The position numbers and the translations under genes were made by a program. From Sedimentisphaerales bacterium (GTDB lineage Bacteria; Planctomycetota; Phycisphaerae; Sedimentisphaerales; Anaerobacaceae), in contig OY970194.1 in assembly GCA_963708075.1 (NCBI GenBank), positions 3,040,001-3,104,000 on the forward strand: a stretch of DNA of 64,000 nucleotides. Direction: 5' to 3'. Below are positions 60,317 through 64,000 of the stretch, piece by piece. Each line of letters begins with the position of its first letter. Position 1 is the stretch's first letter. A model generated the notes under the pieces. The model searched no databases and was not told the origin of the DNA. It worked only from the letters and a program-made list of their open reading frames with translations.

Positions 60317-62112
60317 TAGACCTCCTTCTCCAGATGGGCTTGAGCAATGCCTGTTTCGCGTTGGCCTTGGCGGTCGTGGCTGTGGTGGCAGGGAGAAGGG
60401 CCACGCGCCCGCATTTGGCTCACCTGCTCTGGTTGCTGGTCTTCGTCAAACTGGTGACGCCGCCGCTGGTGACGATTCCCGTGGGTCTATTCCCACAGCA
60501 GCCGGACCATGCAGCCGCGAATGCGGGTGCGTTCCGTCCCAACCAGCTGTCTGCGGTGGCGGAAACGGCTCTGGAGTCCGCCCTGCTGTCCAGCATCGCA
60601 CCCATGTGGAATCGGGCCAAGTCATGCATAGCTACCCTCTGGTTGCTGGGGAGCGTGGTTGTGTTTGTCTGGTCGATGGCCAGAGTATGGCGCTTCGGGC
60701 GCCTGTTGGCCGCAGAATCTGACGTCGCGTCACAGGAATTGCAGGAGAAGGCAGACAGGATGGCCCGGCAGCTCGGGCTGGCCACCGCCCCGACGATCCG
60801 GACGACCGCGGCGTGTCTGTCACCCCTGGTCTGGTGGACGGGGGGACAGGTACGGATTGTCATTCCCAGGGCGTTGCTCGACGAAAGGAGAGTTCAGGAC
60901 TGGCAGTGGATTGTGGCCCACGAGCTGGCGCATGTCCGGCGGCGCGACTATCTCGTCCGCTGGGTCGAGTGGCTGGCGTGCGTCTGTTTCTGGTGGAACC
61001 CCGTGGTGTGGTGGGCCCAGCGTAATCTGCGGGCCCTGGAGGAGATCTGTTGTGACGACCTGGTGCTCTCCACCTTGCACCCGAAACCGAAGTCCTATGC
61101 GGACTCCCTGTTAGCTGCCGTGGAGTTTCTTGCCCGACCGGCTGTGCGTGCCCCGGCGATGGCAAGTGAGATCAACAGCGGTGGAAGCCTTGAAAGAAGA
61201 TTCAGAATGATCGTATCCGGCAAGTCCAGCCAAGCGAGCTCTCGTTGGTTGCGGATGTGTGTGCTGGCGTGCGCCGTGGCCGTGCTGCCCCTGGGCCTGG
61301 CCTCGGCGCAGAACTATGAGTCCGTCGGCAAGCGGCTCCAGAGATCCGTAAAGAGAGGCGAGATCACGCAACAGCAGGCTGACGCGATGATGGGCGTCCT
61401 AAAGAAGGAGACCGACAGGAAGGACCAGGACACGGACAAGGCGACGGCCCATCTGATGAAGCTGAAGAAGGATCTCGGTGCCGCGGTCGAGGCCGGCAAG
61501 ATCAGTAAGGAAGACGCCGCCAAGAAGTACGAGGTCGCCGCGAAGGGCCTGAAGGAGAAGCCGGCTGCCCAGAGGGAGGACAGTACCGACCTGCAGGCCG
61601 CCTGGAAGAAGCTGCAGGACAAGGTTAAGGCGGGCGAGCTGACCAAAGAACAGGCCCTCGCCAAGATGTCGTCGCTCAAAGAGGCGGCGGCCAAGAAAGA
61701 CCTCCAGAAGAAGCCGGCCGCCAAGGGGCAGGGCTATATTGACCTGGACGCCGCCTGGAAGAAGCTGCAGGCCAAGGTTCAGGCGGGCGAGTTGACTCAG
61801 GAGCAGGCCCAAGCTCAAATGGCCGCCCTCAAGAAGGAGAATGCCCGGAAGGACCAGGATGCGGACAAAACGATGACCGCTCCGATGAAGATGAAGAAGG
61901 ACCTGGGCTCAGCAGTCGAGGCCGGCAAGATGGGCAGGGAAAACGCCCCCAAGAAGGACATCAAGAAGAAGCCGGCGACCCAGCCTGATTACGACGCCAT
62001 CGGCAGAGATCTCAAGGCGGCCGTGCAGGCAGGCAAGCTGACGAAGGAGGAAGCCAAGGCGAAGTGGGAGGCGCTTAAGAAAGAGGCCGCCCCAGACAAA
62101 GGTGAGAATTAG
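60313..62112 (+). CDS. M56 family metallopeptidase (BlaR1/MecR1-like) with C-terminal helical repeats
   Basis: AHELAHVRRRD, WWNPVVWW, EICCD, LERRFRMI; six AVxAGxxTxExA-like repeats. Confidence 0.9.
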   Translation: MIDLLLQMGLSNACFALALAVVAVVAGRRATRPHLAHLLWLLVFVKLVTPPLVTIPVGLFPQQPDHAAANAGAFRPNQLSAVAETALESALLSSIAPMWNRAKSCIATLWLLGSVVVFVWSMARVWRFGRLLAAESDVASQELQEKADRMARQLGLATAPTIRTTAACLSPLVWWTGGQVRIVIPRALLDERRVQDWQWIVAHELAHVRRRDYLVRWVEWLACVCFWWNPVVWWAQRNLRALEEICCDDLVLSTLHPKPKSYADSLLAAVEFLARPAVRAPAMASEINSGGSLERRFRMIVSGKSSQASSRWLRMCVLACAVAVLPLGLASAQNYESVGKRLQRSVKRGEITQQQADAMMGVLKKETDRKDQDTDKATAHLMKLKKDLGAAVEAGKISKEDAAKKYEVAAKGLKEKPAAQREDSTDLQAAWKKLQDKVKAGELTKEQALAKMSSLKEAAAKKDLQKKPAAKGQGYIDLDAAWKKLQAKVQAGELTQEQAQAQMAALKKENARKDQDADKTMTAPMKMKKDLGSAVEAGKMGRENAPKKDIKKKPATQPDYDAIGRDLKAAVQAGKLTKEEAKAKWEALKKEAAPDKGEN

Positions 62113-62170
62113 GGCGGGGAAATGTCGGACGAGATGAGTTGTGGCAATCAGAAACGGAAAGGAGCAAAAG

Positions 62171-62984
62171 ATGAAAATGGGAAAGACATCATTGATGGTC
62201 GTCGGCGTGGTTCTCCTGGTTCTGGGCAGCCTGGCGACGGCTGACGAGGGAAAGAGTGCCCCGGACAAGAGCGCCGGCTCTGACAAGACCGTAGTGAAGC
62301 CAGAGTCGAAGGAGTCGGGCGAGCCCGGCGGGTGGCTCCTGTCGCTGGCCTGGTGGCTGGATCTCACCAAGGAGCAAGTGGCGCTGATCCGGGCGATTGT
62401 GGAGGAGGCGCAACCGCAAGCCAAAGAAGCGGCCGCGGTGGTGGATGCGGCGCAGGCTGCCTTGCACGAGGCGGTCATGAACGGCGCCAGTGAGGAGGAC
62501 ATTCGCGTGGCCGCCGAGGCGCTGGGTCTTTTGATCGGCGACCAAGCGGTCCTCCGCGCAGACGCTGGCGGCGATCAAAGCAGTGCTGACGGAGGAGCAA
62601 CTCGAGCGTTTCGATCAGATCAAGGCGAAGCTGCCGCAACTGGTGCAACAGATGCACAATGCGAAATCCCGCGACGCGGACGTGAAGTCTTCCAAGTCGT
62701 CGGACAAGACGGCCAAGGGGGACACCGGGGACAAAACTGCCACGGGTGAGAAGTCTTCCACCGGTAGCAAGACCGGTGCGGGTGATAAGACTGCAACTGG
62801 TGGCAAGACGTCCACGGGCGACAAGACTGCCGCTGGTGGCAAGACTTCCGCGGAGGATACGGCCCTAGTGCTGGTGACGATCTTCAAAGCCGCCGACACG
62901 AATAAAGACGGCGCGCTGACCATGGATGAACTGAATGCCTATCTGAAAAGCACGGAAGGCGATCAGTCGGCTCCGAAGAAATGA
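62171..62984 (+). CDS. Secreted Spy/CpxP-like protein with 6-aa repeats and EF-hand (frameshift ~62560)
   Basis: LDLTKEQ and VLTEEQ (LTxxQ) motifs; GDKTAT/GGKTST repeats; DTNKDGALTMDEL. Confidence 0.65.
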
Positions 62985-63116
62985 AGGGGGCAGAGGAGCG
63001 AACCATTTGGGAGAGTTGCCGCCTCCGAAAGGGGAATCCCACGCCGCCTGCAACGGAGAGTCAACACTTGACACAGGACAGGTGCGTCCTGATTCGTAGG
63101 GGAACAAGGTGACGAG

Positions 63117-64000
63117 ATGAAAACGACGCTGGTAACGATGTTAAACCTGTCTCTCCTGGCTCTCATTGCTTCCGGTGGCTCGGTGGTGCGAGCGCAGGCG
63201 ATGGCTTCTCCCGGCTGGGTTATGGCCGGGGCCAATCCGCAGCGGACCTCGTGGGTGCCTGACGCTGCCCCGGGGCTGCTGAAGCCGATCTGGGTCAAAC
63301 CCGTTGAGCCGTATATCTCACAGAAGGTGCAGATCATCACGGCGTCGGGAAAACTGTTCCTTTCGACCGCGCGGGGACTGTACGCCTTCGATGCGGATAC
63401 GGGCGCGGATCTGTGGGTGTATCCCACCGAACTCCCTCTGGGTCACTCCCCGACCTACGCCGACGGCCGGGTCTACGTGGCCGGACTGGATCGCAAGATC
63501 CATGCCATCGACGCCGACACCGGCCAGGGGCTGTGGACGTTTAATGCCGCGGGAGGATTCCACACGAGTCCGCTCGTGGTCGGGGGGCTCGTCTATGCCG
63601 GCAGCCGCGACGGGTGCATGTACGCCGTGGATGCGGGCACCGGAGAGCTTGTGTGGAAGCATCGAACCGAGGGACAAATCCTGCAGTCTGCCGCTTACCA
63701 GGACGGCGTCATCTTCTTCGGTTCTCAAGATGCGCGAGCCTATGCCCTGGATGCCCGGACGGGAACGCAGGTTTGGCGATCGGACAAGCTGCCCGGCATG
63801 GGCTGGCACTCCTGGTGGCCGGTGATCTACAAAGACGTCGTCCTGTTCACCCGGACCGAGGTCGAGAAAGGCCTGGTGGGATTCCAGAACGAATGGGTCT
63901 TCTCGAAGAACAAGACTGCGAAGAACCTGCCGGGAGTCCGGGGAACCGAGCCGGGCGACTGGACGGCCGGCGAGCCTACCGTCGATATTCGCACCAACGC
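63117..64000 (+). CDS. PQQ-binding-like beta-propeller protein (3' truncated by window)
   Basis: Signal peptide, WVMAGANPQRT, repeated YA(F/I/V/L)DA.TG..(L/V)W. Confidence 0.85.
   Translation, partial: MKTTLVTMLNLSLLALIASGGSVVRAQAMASPGWVMAGANPQRTSWVPDAAPGLLKPIWVKPVEPYISQKVQIITASGKLFLSTARGLYAFDADTGADLWVYPTELPLGHSPTYADGRVYVAGLDRKIHAIDADTGQGLWTFNAAGGFHTSPLVVGGLVYAGSRDGCMYAVDAGTGELVWKHRTEGQILQSAAYQDGVIFFGSQDARAYALDARTGTQVWRSDKLPGMGWHSWWPVIYKDVVLFTRTEVEKGLVGFQNEWVFSKNKTAKNLPGVRGTEPGDWTAGEPTVDIRTN

Noticed and set aside
63010..63065. Cobalamin/glycine riboswitch-like leader
   Set aside because: Only short motif resemblance (GGAGAG, AGGGGAATCC); the required helices cannot be built.

Overview
GC-rich bacterial chromosomal window, most consistent with a Planctomycetota (Phycisphaerae/Sedimentisphaerales-like) genome. 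This is inferred from several prepilin N-methylation/H-X9-DG (DUF1559-like) genes, PQQ beta-propellers, LamG/dockerin-like secreted proteins and ECF sigma/anti-sigma pairs. Housekeeping genes: truD (partial), uvsE, nnrE, surE, gpmA, hisF, cimA, glgP, mfd, tkt. Accessory genes: glycoside hydrolases, a CARDB metallopeptidase, a TolB-like/DUF6057 pair, tandem CBM9-cassette paralogs and a BlaI/M56 module. One complete ISKra4/Mutator-type IS lies at 19152-20685, with 23-bp TIRs, an 8-bp target duplication and a +1 frameshift site, inserted just upstream of a sigma70 promoter. About nine other genes are split by single-base frameshifts, probably sequencing or assembly errors. The most unusual non-coding feature is an array of six identical 16-bp direct repeats (TTGGCTTTGTTTCGCA) with unrelated, variable-length spacers at 59034-59514 and no cas genes nearby. 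Also present are many REP/REPIN-like palindromes and heptamer-repeat hairpins, two of them inserted in-frame in a membrane-protein gene. No rRNA, tRNA or canonical CRISPR array was recognised.
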